Shown here: positions 1 to 9,571 of the stretch, piece by piece
Layout of the letters: each line of letters opens with the position of its first letter
Numbering within the stretch: the first letter of the stretch is position 1
NCBI GenBank assembly: GCA_040220235.1
Contig: JAVJTO010000112.1
DNA length: 64,000 nucleotides
Strand: one strand, 5' to 3'
Source: Coleofasciculus sp. B1-GNL1-01
GTDB taxonomy: Bacteria; Cyanobacteriota; Cyanobacteriia; Cyanobacteriales; Coleofasciculaceae
Translations under genes and position numbers: made by a program
The notes under the pieces: generated by a model
Databases searched by the model: none
Told to the model about the DNA's origin: nothing
The model's input: only the letters and a program-made list of their open reading frames with translations

Positions 1-1944
1 CTTGTCTGGCTGGGGGTTTTTGCCTTAGTCGCCCTACTCACTGGGTTAATTTCCATTGGGATACGTCAGTCCCTCTCACGTTTATGTCAACGGTCTAAAG
101 CCTTGACAAATTCCCTCAACTCTGATTCAGAGTTGCGTGCCTTATTTGAGGCGATGACGGAACTAATTTTCGTCAAAGATCGCCAAGGACGTTATCTGAA
201 AATTGTCTCAGCCAATCCTGACTTGTTAGGTCAACCGGTTGAAGTGATGCTGGGCAAAACGGAGTATGATCTTTTGGCGCGATCGCAGGCGGATCAGTTT
301 GTCGGGTATATTCGCCAAGCCTTAGACAGCCAACAGACGGTTCAGGTTGAGTATCGTCTCACCTTGGCTGATCGAACGGTTTGGTTTGCAGCCAGTATTT
401 CACCCATCTCAAAAGACTCTGTTCTCTGGGTGGCGCGGGATATTACTGAGCATAAACAAACCCTAGAAGCGTTGCGAGCCAGTGAAGCACAGTATCGAGA
501 TTTAGTTGAAACCCCCAATTGCATTATTTTGCGGTGGGATGTTCAGGGGCAAATTAAATTCATTAATCGTTATGGTCAGACATTTTTTGGCTACGATGAC
601 GATCAACTCCTAAATTGTTCTCTAGTCGGAACTCTCGTCCCGAATACGCCGCGATCGCAACGGATGCTATCTATCTTGATTCGAGCCATCCGCAAACGTC
701 CAGAACGCTATCGGATCAGAACCGTGGAAACCATTCATAAGACAGGGAAAACGGTTTGGGTGACGTGGGCAAATAAACCAATTTTTAATGAGGCGGGGGA
801 ATTAATTGAAGTTCTCTCCATTGGCACGGATGTGACAGAACGCAAGCAAGCTGAAGCCGCCTTGAGAGAAAAAGAGGAATATTTACGATTAGTTATCGAT
901 AATATCCCGCAACAAGTCTTTTGGAAAGATATCAATTTAGTCTTTCTCGGTTGCAATAAAAAGTGGGCAAAGACAGCCGGGTTAGACAGCCCAGAGGTTG
1001 TGGTGGGTAAAACAGACTATGATTTACTGCCTAGTCGAGACATTGCTGAACTCTACCGCCAGCAAGATGCGCGGGTGATTAGCCGGAATCAAGCCGAATT
1101 TCATGTGGTCGAAACCAAACAAAAACCCCCCGTTGATGGACAAACGGTTTGGCTGGATGTGAGTAAAATTCCCATCCATGATGCCCAAGGTAAAGTCGTT
1201 GGCGTTTTAGGGGTATTAGAAGATATCACCCAACGGATTCAAGTTGAGAAGAAGCGCCTGCAAGCGGAAGCAGACTTGCGGGCGGAACAAGAAAAGTCAG
1301 AACGCCTGTTATTAAACATTTTGCCAGAGGCGATCGCCCAGCAGTTGAAACAAAATCACAGTACCTTAGGCAAGTACCATGGGGAAGCCCTGATCGCTGA
1401 GCAATTCGACGATGTGACGATTTTGTTTGCGGATATTGTTGGGTTTACACCCCTATCAAGCCGAATGCCACCGACGGAATTAGTTCAATTACTCGGAACC
1501 ATTATCTCCACGTTTGATTTGCTGTCTGAGGAGTATGGGTTGGAGAAGATTAAAACCATTGGTGATGCTTATATGGTTGCCTGTGGTCTACCCTTACCCC
1601 GATTCGATCATACTGAAGCGATCGCGGATATGGCATTAGAGATGCAACGGGTGATTACTCAATTTCGCATGGATACCGGAGAAGCGTTTCAACTGCGGAT
1701 TGGCATTAATACTGGACCGGTGATTGCTGGAGTCATCGGGATGAAAAAGTTTATTTACGATCTGTGGGGAGATACGGTAAATGTCGCCTCACGGATGGAA
1801 TCTCAAGGAATTTCTGGGGGAATTCAAGTTACTCAGGCAACTTACGAGCGGTTAAAGGATCGGTATACCTTGGAAAAACGCGGGGTGATTGAGGTTAAGG
1901 GCAAAGGAGAAATGCTTACCTATTGGCTAACAGGGAAAGGGTAA
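1..1944 (+). CDS. Multi-PAS class III adenylate cyclase, 5'-truncated by the window edge
   Basis: Frame is open from base 1 (LVWLGVFALVALLTGLISIG, a TM segment) into the 103..1944 ORF. Three PAS/PAC repeats, then cyclase motifs ILFADIVGFT, KIKTIGDAYM and YDLWGDTVNVASRMES; the K/D residues indicate ATP specificity. Confidence 0.9.
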   Translation, partial: LVWLGVFALVALLTGLISIGIRQSLSRLCQRSKALTNSLNSDSELRALFEAMTELIFVKDRQGRYLKIVSANPDLLGQPVEVMLGKTEYDLLARSQADQFVGYIRQALDSQQTVQVEYRLTLADRTVWFAASISPISKDSVLWVARDITEHKQTLEALRASEAQYRDLVETPNCIILRWDVQGQIKFINRYGQTFFGYDDDQLLNCSLVGTLVPNTPRSQRMLSILIRAIRKRPERYRIRTVETIHKTGKTVWVTWANKPIFNEAGELIEVLSIGTDVTERKQAEAALREKEEYLRLVIDNIPQQVFWKDINLVFLGCNKKWAKTAGLDSPEVVVGKTDYDLLPSRDIAELYRQQDARVISRNQAEFHVVETKQKPPVDGQTVWLDVSKIPIHDAQGKVVGVLGVLEDITQRIQVEKKRLQAEADLRAEQEKSERLLLNILPEAIAQQLKQNHSTLGKYHGEALIAEQFDDVTILFADIVGFTPLSSRMPPTELVQLLGTIISTFDLLSEEYGLEKIKTIGDAYMVACGLPLPRFDHTEAIADMALEMQRVITQFRMDTGEAFQLRIGINTGPVIAGVIGMKKFIYDLWGDTVNVASRMESQGISGGIQVTQATYERLKDRYTLEKRGVIEVKGKGEMLTYWLTGKG

Positions 1945-2100
1945 TTGGGGATTTGTCCTTTGTTCATGGTTCATTGTTGATGGTTCATTGGTAATCCTCT
2001 TCCCCTCCTCCTCCCTCCAACAAGGGCGGGTTTAGTTAAGTGAGTAGGGGCTTGCTATTTAATTCCATACTTGGCTTTTGTCAAGCACTTGCAAAAAATA

Positions 2101-2118
2101 TTTACATTGTGTTACATT
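2101..2118 (+). promoter_or_regulatory. HLR1 element (RpaB binding site) upstream of hli gene
   Basis: TTTACATT-GT-GTTACATT matches the HLR1 direct repeat (G/T)TTACA(T/A)(T/A)-N2-(G/T)TTACA(T/A)(T/A), 36 bp before an hli start. Confidence 0.8.
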
Positions 2119-2153
2119 TATTAATGTCAGACGAAAACAAAGGAGACAAGCAA

Positions 2154-2366
2154 ATGACTACACGCGGTTACAGCGTCGAAGAAGGAGACAGACTGAATAA
2201 CTTTGCGATCGAACCCAAGGTTTATGTCGATGACACGCCCCGCACTGGCTGGACACAATACGCCGAAAATCTCAATGGACGTCTAGCCATGATTGGCTTC
2301 ATCTCACTCTTGGCGGTAGAAGCGCTGAGTGGACAAAGCTTGATTGGCTGGTTTACCAACCTCTAG
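2154..2366 (+). CDS. hli: High-light-inducible protein (Hlip/SCP, CAB/ELIP family)
   Basis: AENLNGRLAMIGF chlorophyll-binding motif and the NNFAIEPKVY N-terminal motif. ATG at 2154 follows an AGGAG RBS. Confidence 0.92.
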   Translation: MTTRGYSVEEGDRLNNFAIEPKVYVDDTPRTGWTQYAENLNGRLAMIGFISLLAVEALSGQSLIGWFTNL

Positions 2367-2409
2367 ACATCAGAGAGCGCACTCGTTTAACCTTGTCAGG
2401 AGAGACATA

Positions 2410-2652
2410 ATGAAAACTGATTTTGACTCTTTCACAAACAAAGACCTATTTAGACCCGTTATTTTTCGGACTGATTTTAACAACTTTGATTCTCTAACAC
2501 TGAACCAAGCTTGGTCATTGTTTTTTACAGCGGGTCAAGAAGATAAAGTCTTAGGAATAGAGCCGGAATTCGGTCGATTTTTCAACAACCTGTTAATCGC
2601 CGTTGGAGTGACGGGAACTCTTGCAGCACTCTTTATCAGTACCATTAACTAA
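2410..2652 (+). CDS. Small single-TM cyanobacterial protein directly downstream of hli
   Basis: AGGAG RBS then ATG at 2410. 80 aa with a C-terminal hydrophobic helix. Confidence 0.7.
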   Translation: MKTDFDSFTNKDLFRPVIFRTDFNNFDSLTLNQAWSLFFTAGQEDKVLGIEPEFGRFFNNLLIAVGVTGTLAALFISTIN

Positions 2653-2869
2653 GCTGGTGTATCCAGTTAGTTTCCGGTCAACTTTAATAGGTTTTCTACA
2701 AGTCCTGGTTATCATGACCAGGACTTACAGCATATAGTAGAGGATTCTCCCTAAATTGTTCTATACCCCTCCCTGGTATTTTCAGCCGCCCTACAGTTTG
2801 CTTTAATAAAGAACTAGATTCAGCCCGGTCAGAAACAGCATTCAGTGGGAGGGAAAATCCAAAGCCACT

Positions 2870-3361
2870 ATGACAGCAGAAGAACTTTTGCAGCAATATG
2901 CCGCTGGAGAACGGTATTTTCGTGGCGTCAACTTACGTGGCGTCTTTCTCAGGGGGGTTTCCTTAAAACAAATAGACTTAAGATGGGCTGATTTGAGTCA
3001 AGCCTCGTTAATGGATGTTAATTTCTCTCAGGCAAATTTACACGGTGCCAAACTGAACGACTCTCTGCTCATTTCCGCCAAGTTTAATCAGGCAAATTTA
3101 ACCCAAGCTAATTTTACATCGGCTATTTTAATTTTAGCCAACTTGAGCCAGGCGTCGTTAAACCAAACAAACTTCCAAAACGCCAACTTGAGCTTGGCAA
3201 ATTTCCAGGCGGCTTCTCATTGGAGTTCAGCGCATCTTCAAAGCGCCATCCTTAAAGGAGCGATTATGCCTGATGGCAAGGTTGTTGGCAAAATGAAGGG
3301 GTGGAAAAAGCGTCACTCAGTTGTCAATGTATTAAACTTGAATGTCGCTGACTTAAGCTAG
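2870..3361 (+). CDS. Pentapeptide repeat protein
   Basis: MTAEELLQQYAAGERYF N-terminus and A(N/D)LxxA repeats. Confidence 0.9.
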   Translation: MTAEELLQQYAAGERYFRGVNLRGVFLRGVSLKQIDLRWADLSQASLMDVNFSQANLHGAKLNDSLLISAKFNQANLTQANFTSAILILANLSQASLNQTNFQNANLSLANFQAASHWSSAHLQSAILKGAIMPDGKVVGKMKGWKKRHSVVNVLNLNVADLS

Positions 3362-3480
3362 CGTTATTTCGGTCTACCGTACACCGCTAAATCCATCAGA
3401 TGACTTAATCAAAAAGCGAGAACAATAACTTATGTTCCCTGTTCCCTGTTCCCTGTTTCCTGTTCGCCGTTTGCCAAAAG

Positions 3481-3497
3481 ATGCCCTATAGGGGTAT
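3481..3497. promoter_or_regulatory. Candidate CsoR/RcnR-family (InrS-like) operator
   Basis: ATGCCC-TATA-GGGGTAT near-palindrome with C/G tracts upstream of the metal-uptake operon. Confidence 0.4.
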
Positions 3498-3563
3498 TGC
3501 AAATTATTGGGAAAACTTGTTGGATTTAATTGGGTATAGTATGAAAACCGCCAAAGGTCATCA

Positions 3564-4442
3564 ATGAGGAAACCAATAATCATTTTCACGAGCCTGATGG
3601 TCTTGACAACTGGGACGCTAGTTGGCTGTTCCCAGAGTGAAACCACCAGCGAGATTCAGACACAAACAGAAACTCAGAGTGAAACTCAGGCAAGTCAAGG
3701 GAGTGGAACCCTAGAAATCCGGGCGAATGGCGAGGATTTTGTCCGTCAGGGTTTCACATCAAAAGATGGATGGCAAATCTCCTTTGATCATGTTTATGTC
3801 AACTTAGCCGATATCACCGCTTACCAAAGTGACCCACCATTCAATGCTGAGGCGGGTAGTAAAGTGCAAGCGAAAGACAAAGTGGTTGTTGACAAAACCC
3901 ACACGGTTGATTTAGCCGCAGGTGGGGAAGATGCTGAACCCATTCTCGTGGAAGAAGTTGCCGATGCCCCTGCCGGACAATATAATGCTTTATCCTGGAA
4001 AATGGTCAAAGCTGAAGAGGGACCGGCTGAAGGTCAAATCCTAGTTATGGTAGGGACAGCCGAGAAAGAGGGGCAAACCATTGACTTTACCGTTGCCCTG
4101 AATCAGCCCTTAGAATTTGTCTGTGGGGAATTTGTGGGCGACGAACGTAAGGGAATTCTTGCTCAAGGGGATACCGCCGACTTGGAAGCCACGTTCCACT
4201 TTGATCACCTCTTTGGTGATGCAGGCGCACCCGCTGATGATGAGATTAATACTGGTGCCTTAGGGTTTGAGCCATTAGCGACTCTAGCCCAAGACGGCAC
4301 ACTTGAGTTAAACCAAGAGCAGCTCAAGTCGGGACTCTCCCCAGAAGAATACCAGAAACTTCAGGAAATTCTTCCCAGTTTAGGTCACGTTGGTGAGGGT
4401 CACTGTGAAGAAATCCAAACCGTTGCCAACGAATCGAGTTAA
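3564..4442 (+). CDS. Lipoprotein, DUF4382-like, putative metal-binding component of the Ni/Co uptake locus
   Basis: Lipobox LVGC, His motifs FHFDHLFGD and LGHVGEGHC; first gene of the cbiMQO cluster. Confidence 0.7.
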   Translation: MRKPIIIFTSLMVLTTGTLVGCSQSETTSEIQTQTETQSETQASQGSGTLEIRANGEDFVRQGFTSKDGWQISFDHVYVNLADITAYQSDPPFNAEAGSKVQAKDKVVVDKTHTVDLAAGGEDAEPILVEEVADAPAGQYNALSWKMVKAEEGPAEGQILVMVGTAEKEGQTIDFTVALNQPLEFVCGEFVGDERKGILAQGDTADLEATFHFDHLFGDAGAPADDEINTGALGFEPLATLAQDGTLELNQEQLKSGLSPEEYQKLQEILPSLGHVGEGHCEEIQTVANESS

Positions 4443-4564
4443 ATTGGTCTTATGTCTTATGTCATTTGTCCTTTTGCGATCAGGAAAATCATCACGGACA
4501 ATAAAGAGGAGTTATGGGTCGCGAACTGGGTTTTAACCGTTCCTAAAACATTAAGAAAATTTGA

Positions 4565-5053
4565 GTGATGCCAAGGAATTTTTTAGTCCCCCTTATCCTA
4601 ATGTTAGTGATGAGCTGGTCAGCTAAAGCTACGGCTCATGGTGCCAAGATTAACTATGAAACTACCCAGGCGATTAAAATTGATGCGGCTTTTGATAACG
4701 GCGAACCCATGTCCAATGCCCAAGTGACGGTTTACTCTCCCCAAGATCCTTCTACTCCTTGGCTGCAAGGAACCACCGACGAAAATGGTAGTTTTGTCTT
4801 TGCTCCCGATCGCTCACAATCGGGAGAATGGGCAGTTCAGGTTCGCCAGGCGGGTCACGGAGATTTGATTACTATTTCTATGGGTGAGGATAAATCATCA
4901 ACAGAGAACACCGAAGATAGTCAAGTAATGAATATTCAATCCACGAATGGCTCATTCACACCCATGCAAATCGTGGTGATGTCAGTTGCGGTGATCTGGG
5001 GGTTTGTCGGTACAGCACTCTATTTTGTTAAAGGGACAAAACAGACTAAGTAG
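4565..5053 (+). CDS. Exported, C-terminally anchored accessory Ni/Co transport protein (carboxypeptidase-regulatory-like fold)
   Basis: Signal peptide ending ATA-HG (mature N-terminal His), GEPMSNAQVTVYSP...GTTDENGSF, C-terminal TM helix. Confidence 0.7.
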   Translation: MMPRNFLVPLILMLVMSWSAKATAHGAKINYETTQAIKIDAAFDNGEPMSNAQVTVYSPQDPSTPWLQGTTDENGSFVFAPDRSQSGEWAVQVRQAGHGDLITISMGEDKSSTENTEDSQVMNIQSTNGSFTPMQIVVMSVAVIWGFVGTALYFVKGTKQTK

Positions 5054-5107
5054 GTAGTCACAATTAGGTTAGAATTGTTCATTGTTCATTGTCAAAAAAA
5101 TAAGATC

Positions 5108-5241
5108 AGGGCGGGTTTTGAATAAATGTTATCATCAATTGTGAAACGTAAGTCCCTAAACCCGCCCCTACACGTTAGGGCGGGTTTTGATTAAATGTTA
5201 TCATCAGTTGTGAAACGTAAGTCCCTAAACCCGCCCCTACA
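5108..5241. repeat. Two tandem REP-like elements (AGGGCGGGTTTT...AAACCCGCCCCTACA)
   Basis: Near-identical 65-bp units at 5108-5172 and 5177-5241, each with inverted arms. Confidence 0.9.
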
Positions 5242-5322
5242 AACCCGGTTCCATCGAGGGTTGTGAAGGGTCACGCGCCCTGCCCTCTTTCCGAAGTGAA
5301 GGGTCAAAACTACACAAAAATT

Positions 5323-5961
5323 ATGCATATTCCTGATGGCATCCTGCCTGCTTCTGTCTGTATCACAGGTTACGCAGCGACAGGCGGTTTCACTTGGTAC
5401 TCCCTGCGCCAAATTAACCGAGATCCGAATCCCCAAGAGAATATCCCCAAAGCCTCCCTACTCACCGCCGCCTTTTTTGTCGCTTCTTGGATTCACATTC
5501 CCATCCCACCAACGAGTGTCCATTTGATTCTGAATGGGTTGTTAGGCACAATGTTGGGATATTATGCGTTTCCTGCCATTCTTATCGGTTTATTCTTTCA
5601 AGCCGTGATGTTTCAGCATGGTGGTTTATCGACTCTAGGGGTAAACGCCACAATGTTTGGCGTTCCGGCAATTTTGGCGTATCACCTATTTCAGTTGCGC
5701 CTAAAATTCGATAAGGATAATCGAGTGGTGACGGGTATCTTTGCCTTTATCGGCGGTGCGGGAGGTTTGGCGATAGCCACGCTGCTATTTTTCGCTTTAG
5801 TGATTACTAATATTCCCGCAACTATAGATGCATCAGCCGAAAAAATGGCAATTTCCGGATTGGTATTGGCTCATATCCCACTCATGGCAATTGAGGGCGC
5901 GTTTACGACAGCCGTGGCTCTGTTTTTGAAACAAGTCAAACCTGAATTGTTGGAGAGTTAA
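5323..5961 (+). CDS. cbiM: ECF Co/Ni transporter substrate-binding component CbiM/NikM
   Basis: Diagnostic MHIPDG N-terminus at ATG 5323; SVHLILNGLLG and HGGLSTLGVN motifs. Confidence 0.93.
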   Translation: MHIPDGILPASVCITGYAATGGFTWYSLRQINRDPNPQENIPKASLLTAAFFVASWIHIPIPPTSVHLILNGLLGTMLGYYAFPAILIGLFFQAVMFQHGGLSTLGVNATMFGVPAILAYHLFQLRLKFDKDNRVVTGIFAFIGGAGGLAIATLLFFALVITNIPATIDASAEKMAISGLVLAHIPLMAIEGAFTTAVALFLKQVKPELLES

Positions 5962-6743
5962 TGAAACACGGACTGGATTTTTATGCCAATTTAGACTCTC
6001 CGATTCATCGTTGGGAATCCCGTTGTAAACTGATTGGCTTATTTAGCTTAATTTTTGCGTTTTCATTTGTTGAACAGTTAAGTTTACTCCCAGGGATGAT
6101 CGTCGTGACACTGGTGTATTATTACCTCTCCAGATTACCCTTCTCGTTTTTGCGATCGCGGCTGCGCTACCCCGGTTTTTTTTTGCTGGCAATTACTCTG
6201 CTTTTACCGTTTACCGTTGGTAGTACGGTAATCGTTCAGATCGGTGTTTTGAGTCTATATCAAGAGGGAATCGTGGCGCTAGCGCTGATTGCGACTCGAT
6301 TTTTATGTATTCTCACCGTGAGTTTAATTCTCTTTGGTACAGCCTCATTTTTGAGTACCGTCAAAGCCATGCGATCGCTGGGACTTCCGGCGGTACTAGC
6401 GGATATGACTCTATTGACGTACCGCTATATCGAACAGTTTGGTGAAGATTTGATCAAAATGAAACGAGCAATGCAACTGCGGGGGTTTCGGGCGACTCGT
6501 TTCTCGCGCCGCAATCTGAATGTGCTGGCGTCTCTAGTGGGTAGCTTATTGGTTCGCAGTTACAACCAGTCACAGCAGGTTTATCAAGCGATGATATTGC
6601 GAGGGTATGGTTATACCCTGCACCATCGTAAACCGCCTAATCCCAAGAATCGTGTTTCTGGTGGGGATTTAATTATTTTGGGAATAACCGTTGCGATCGC
6701 GATTGGATTCGTCGTTGCTGAAATTCTGGTAGAAAGGCGGTAA
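5961..6743 (+). CDS. cbiQ: ECF transporter T component CbiQ
   Basis: SPIHRW, LTYRYI and AMxLRGF/Y motifs; coupled to cbiM. Confidence 0.92.
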   Translation: MKHGLDFYANLDSPIHRWESRCKLIGLFSLIFAFSFVEQLSLLPGMIVVTLVYYYLSRLPFSFLRSRLRYPGFFLLAITLLLPFTVGSTVIVQIGVLSLYQEGIVALALIATRFLCILTVSLILFGTASFLSTVKAMRSLGLPAVLADMTLLTYRYIEQFGEDLIKMKRAMQLRGFRATRFSRRNLNVLASLVGSLLVRSYNQSQQVYQAMILRGYGYTLHHRKPPNPKNRVSGGDLIILGITVAIAIGFVVAEILVERR

Positions 6744-6812
6744 TAATCGGAAAAAATGACTCCAATCCTTACTAATGACAAATGACAAATGACAAATGAC
6801 GAATGACAAATT

Positions 6813-7583
6813 ATGAGACCACAACAACAACTTGTATCTAACCCAGATAGTGCTAGAGAACCAGCGATCGCGGTTTCGGATTTGAGATTCTCCTATCCGG
6901 ATAGATCGGCGGTTTTACAAGATGTCACTTTCAATATATATCCTGAAGAACGAGTTGGTTTAATTGGACCCAATGGTGCGGGCAAAACAACGTTATTCCT
7001 CTCAATCTGTGGTATTTTAACACCAACCTCTGGAGACATCGACTTATTTGGACAACCTGTGGTTGTGGGTGAGTTTCGCCCGGAAATTGGCTTAGTGTTT
7101 CAGAATCCCAATGACCAGTTATTATTACCATCAGTATGGGAAGATGTCGCCTTTGGTCTACAGAATATGGGGATGTCAGGGGATGAAGTCAACCATCGCG
7201 TTCAAGATGCACTGTCTCTGGCTGGTGTTGAAATGCTCTCAGAACGAGTACCGCACAATTTATCTGGGGGAGAGAAATGCATGGTTGCGATCGCGGGGGT
7301 GTTAGCTATGCGTCCTCAGTTAGTTTTATACGATGAACCTAGCGCAAATTTAGACATGCGCTATCGTCGTCGCGTGATCAACTTTCTCCAAACCGCTCAG
7401 CAAACCATTCTGATTTCTTCCCATGACTTAGAATTAATTATCGAAGTGTGCGATCGCGTGCTTTTACTGGATGAAGGACGAATTATTGCTGACGGAACTC
7501 CTCAGCAAGTTATGGCTAATGAATCGTTAATGAACGCTCATGGTTTGGAGATGCCGCACTCCCTACGTCTTCATCATCAGTAA
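6813..7583 (+). CDS. cbiO: ECF transporter ATPase CbiO
   Basis: Walker A GPNGAGKTT, FQNPNDQL, LSGGEK and DEP motifs. Confidence 0.92.
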   Translation: MRPQQQLVSNPDSAREPAIAVSDLRFSYPDRSAVLQDVTFNIYPEERVGLIGPNGAGKTTLFLSICGILTPTSGDIDLFGQPVVVGEFRPEIGLVFQNPNDQLLLPSVWEDVAFGLQNMGMSGDEVNHRVQDALSLAGVEMLSERVPHNLSGGEKCMVAIAGVLAMRPQLVLYDEPSANLDMRYRRRVINFLQTAQQTILISSHDLELIIEVCDRVLLLDEGRIIADGTPQQVMANESLMNAHGLEMPHSLRLHHQ

Positions 7584-7664
7584 CTGAAAACTACAGTCTG
7601 AAAAACCCCAGTCTAAATTCGCGATCGCGCCCATTTTTATGGATGAAAGCCACACCGGTAAAAG

Positions 7665-7835
7665 CCCTGTAGGGGCGACCTGCCTAGCTTAATGAACAAC
7701 ACCAGTCCATTTAATGAAATCGGGTCGCCCTCTCCTTTACCCTCTGTCACAGAAAGTATTTCCCCTGTAGGGGCGACCCGCCTAGCTTAATTAACGACAC
7801 CAGTCCATTTAGTGAAATCGGGTCGCCCTCTCCTT
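7665..7835. repeat. Two tandem REP-like elements (GTAGGGGCGACC...GGGTCGCCCTCTCC)
   Basis: About 72-bp near-identical units starting at 7665 and 7763, between convergent genes. Confidence 0.85.
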
Positions 7836-7996
7836 AGGAGTCTCATACGAAAATCCCTGACCTAAAGGATTAAGTCAGGGACGATAGTGTGAGGAGTGCA
7901 TGAAAAAATGGACTTAGGTTAGGTTGGAGTCACTGAGGTGCGATGAAACTATCGTGTTGGTTATCGCACCAATTGCTGAACTCACGTTTGACCGGC

Positions 7997-8953
7997 TTAG
8001 ACTTTCCGCTTACCTTTACGGCGAGAAGCAACTCCTAAAGCAGCGACTAATCCTAGTCCAGCTAATGTTGCGGGTTCAGGAACCGTTTCACTGATTGGGT
8101 CAGGTAAATCACCGTTGAAGAGATAGTTATTCGATTGTCCCCCTCCCGTTAGCGAAGCAGTAATTAAGTTGCCGTTAATTTGACCGTTGTCAAAGTTAAA
8201 CGCAGCGAAAGGTGCCAAAATACTGCCTTCTATTCCGATGCCACTGGCTGACAGATCCCTAGCTTCATAGAAGTTGTAGATAACGTTCTGTCTCTGATCA
8301 ATACCACCATTGAAATTGAAGCCAAAGTTTTGTAATGATGCGGCGTCTCCACTAATATTTACAATGGTAGTCGAACCCGAATCTACATTAAAATTGAAGC
8401 TGCTAGCATTGCTTAAATCCGACGCATTTAGATGAAATACATTCTGATCTTCATCTGAACCCGTTAATGTAATTCCACCATAAGCTATTTCTGTTTGACC
8501 CGTAGCCTCTAATCCTCCTAAAAATTGAGATAATGCTTGTAATTCTTGACTAGCTGCAGCGAAGTCAATGGGATTATCTTGGCGAAGCGTTCCCCCATGC
8601 TCAAGAGTTACATTAGTAAGTTCTCCTGTTTCTCCGTAAACTGCATTGCCTCTAACTTGACCATTTTGAAAGACTAAATTTTTACCAACAATCAAGACAT
8701 CACCGTTGTTTCCGTCTGTCGGGAGTTCCATTCCCGCATAAAAATCTGATAATTTGACATTTCCGCCAATAGCTACCTTACCCTCAGAATCAGTATTGCT
8801 TTGATTCACATCGCCTAGCACAAATATATTGTAGTCAGAAGCGATGCCGAGATCAATTGCATTAGCCTGGGCAGATATCCCTAGTACCATCGTCGCCGCA
8901 ATTGATAAGGGAGCTACCAATTGTCTTATGCGAGAAAAAGTTTGAGTATTCAT
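7997..8953 (-). CDS. Choice-of-anchor A domain protein with PEP-CTERM sorting signal
   Basis: Signal peptide, YNIFVLGD/DSEGKVAIGGN, NVIYNFYEA and GSILAPFA motifs, C-terminal VPEPATLAGLGLVAALGVASRRK. Confidence 0.88.
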   Translation of the reverse strand: MNTQTFSRIRQLVAPLSIAATMVLGISAQANAIDLGIASDYNIFVLGDVNQSNTDSEGKVAIGGNVKLSDFYAGMELPTDGNNGDVLIVGKNLVFQNGQVRGNAVYGETGELTNVTLEHGGTLRQDNPIDFAAASQELQALSQFLGGLEATGQTEIAYGGITLTGSDEDQNVFHLNASDLSNASSFNFNVDSGSTTIVNISGDAASLQNFGFNFNGGIDQRQNVIYNFYEARDLSASGIGIEGSILAPFAAFNFDNGQINGNLITASLTGGGQSNNYLFNGDLPDPISETVPEPATLAGLGLVAALGVASRRKGKRKV

Positions 8954-9305
8954 CTGTAAAATTCAACTGTGTAAGGAACTCTGAGTTTTAGGTATGACTC
9001 TTAACTAAGTCCGTTGTGTTAGATGTTGAATCTAACCTTTGCTCAGTTGTTTTTATCTTATTCAACAAACTGACTAGATGTCAGTAGAAATGAAGGAAGA
9101 TCATCAAGTCTTCATGCTTTTGAGTAACTTTATGAAACTAAGATGAAACGTAGGGGGAGCAGGGGAAGCAGGGGGTGTAGGGGCGGGTTTGACAGATAAC
9201 TGATGGCGCCAAACCGATAACTTAACTAAAAATATATTCCGCTTCCCTCCCTTCGCAGGGGAGGGCTAGGGAGAGGTCAAACCCTAGGGAGAGGTCAAAC
9301 CAAGG

Positions 9306-9410
9306 TATAGCCCTACGGGGATACGTTAGGACATTCCCCTGTTGCCTATTGCCTGTTGCCTGTTGCCTTTTCACCCAATTGTATTGTCCTAACCTTAATG
9401 CGTAGTGCTA
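9306..9410. mobile_element. MITE-like element with TATAGC...GTTAGGACA / TGTCCTAAC...GCTATA ends
   Basis: Imperfect terminal inverted repeats enclosing a TTGCCTG heptamer run. Related ends occur at 25072-25182. Confidence 0.55.
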
Positions 9411-9571
9411 TATTGCAGATTTTTGAGCTTACCTTGACACCAATGCAAGCCTTGCATCCCCACATAAAAAAATTTACTATTCTCCGAATCGATATATAAT
9501 CTCTAGACGGAGAATAGTTTATTGATATATTTTTGACTAAATACCAAAGATGGTGTATGTCTACCTTGATC

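Noticed and set aside
3362..3563. Cobalamin riboswitch upstream of the cbiMQO cluster
   Set aside because: No B12-box or conserved core recognised; the region holds a heptamer repeat and an operator-like palindrome.
9305..9324. Third CsoR-like palindrome (TAGCCCTACGGGGATAC)
   Set aside because: It is the terminus of a TATAGC..GCTATA MITE-like element.
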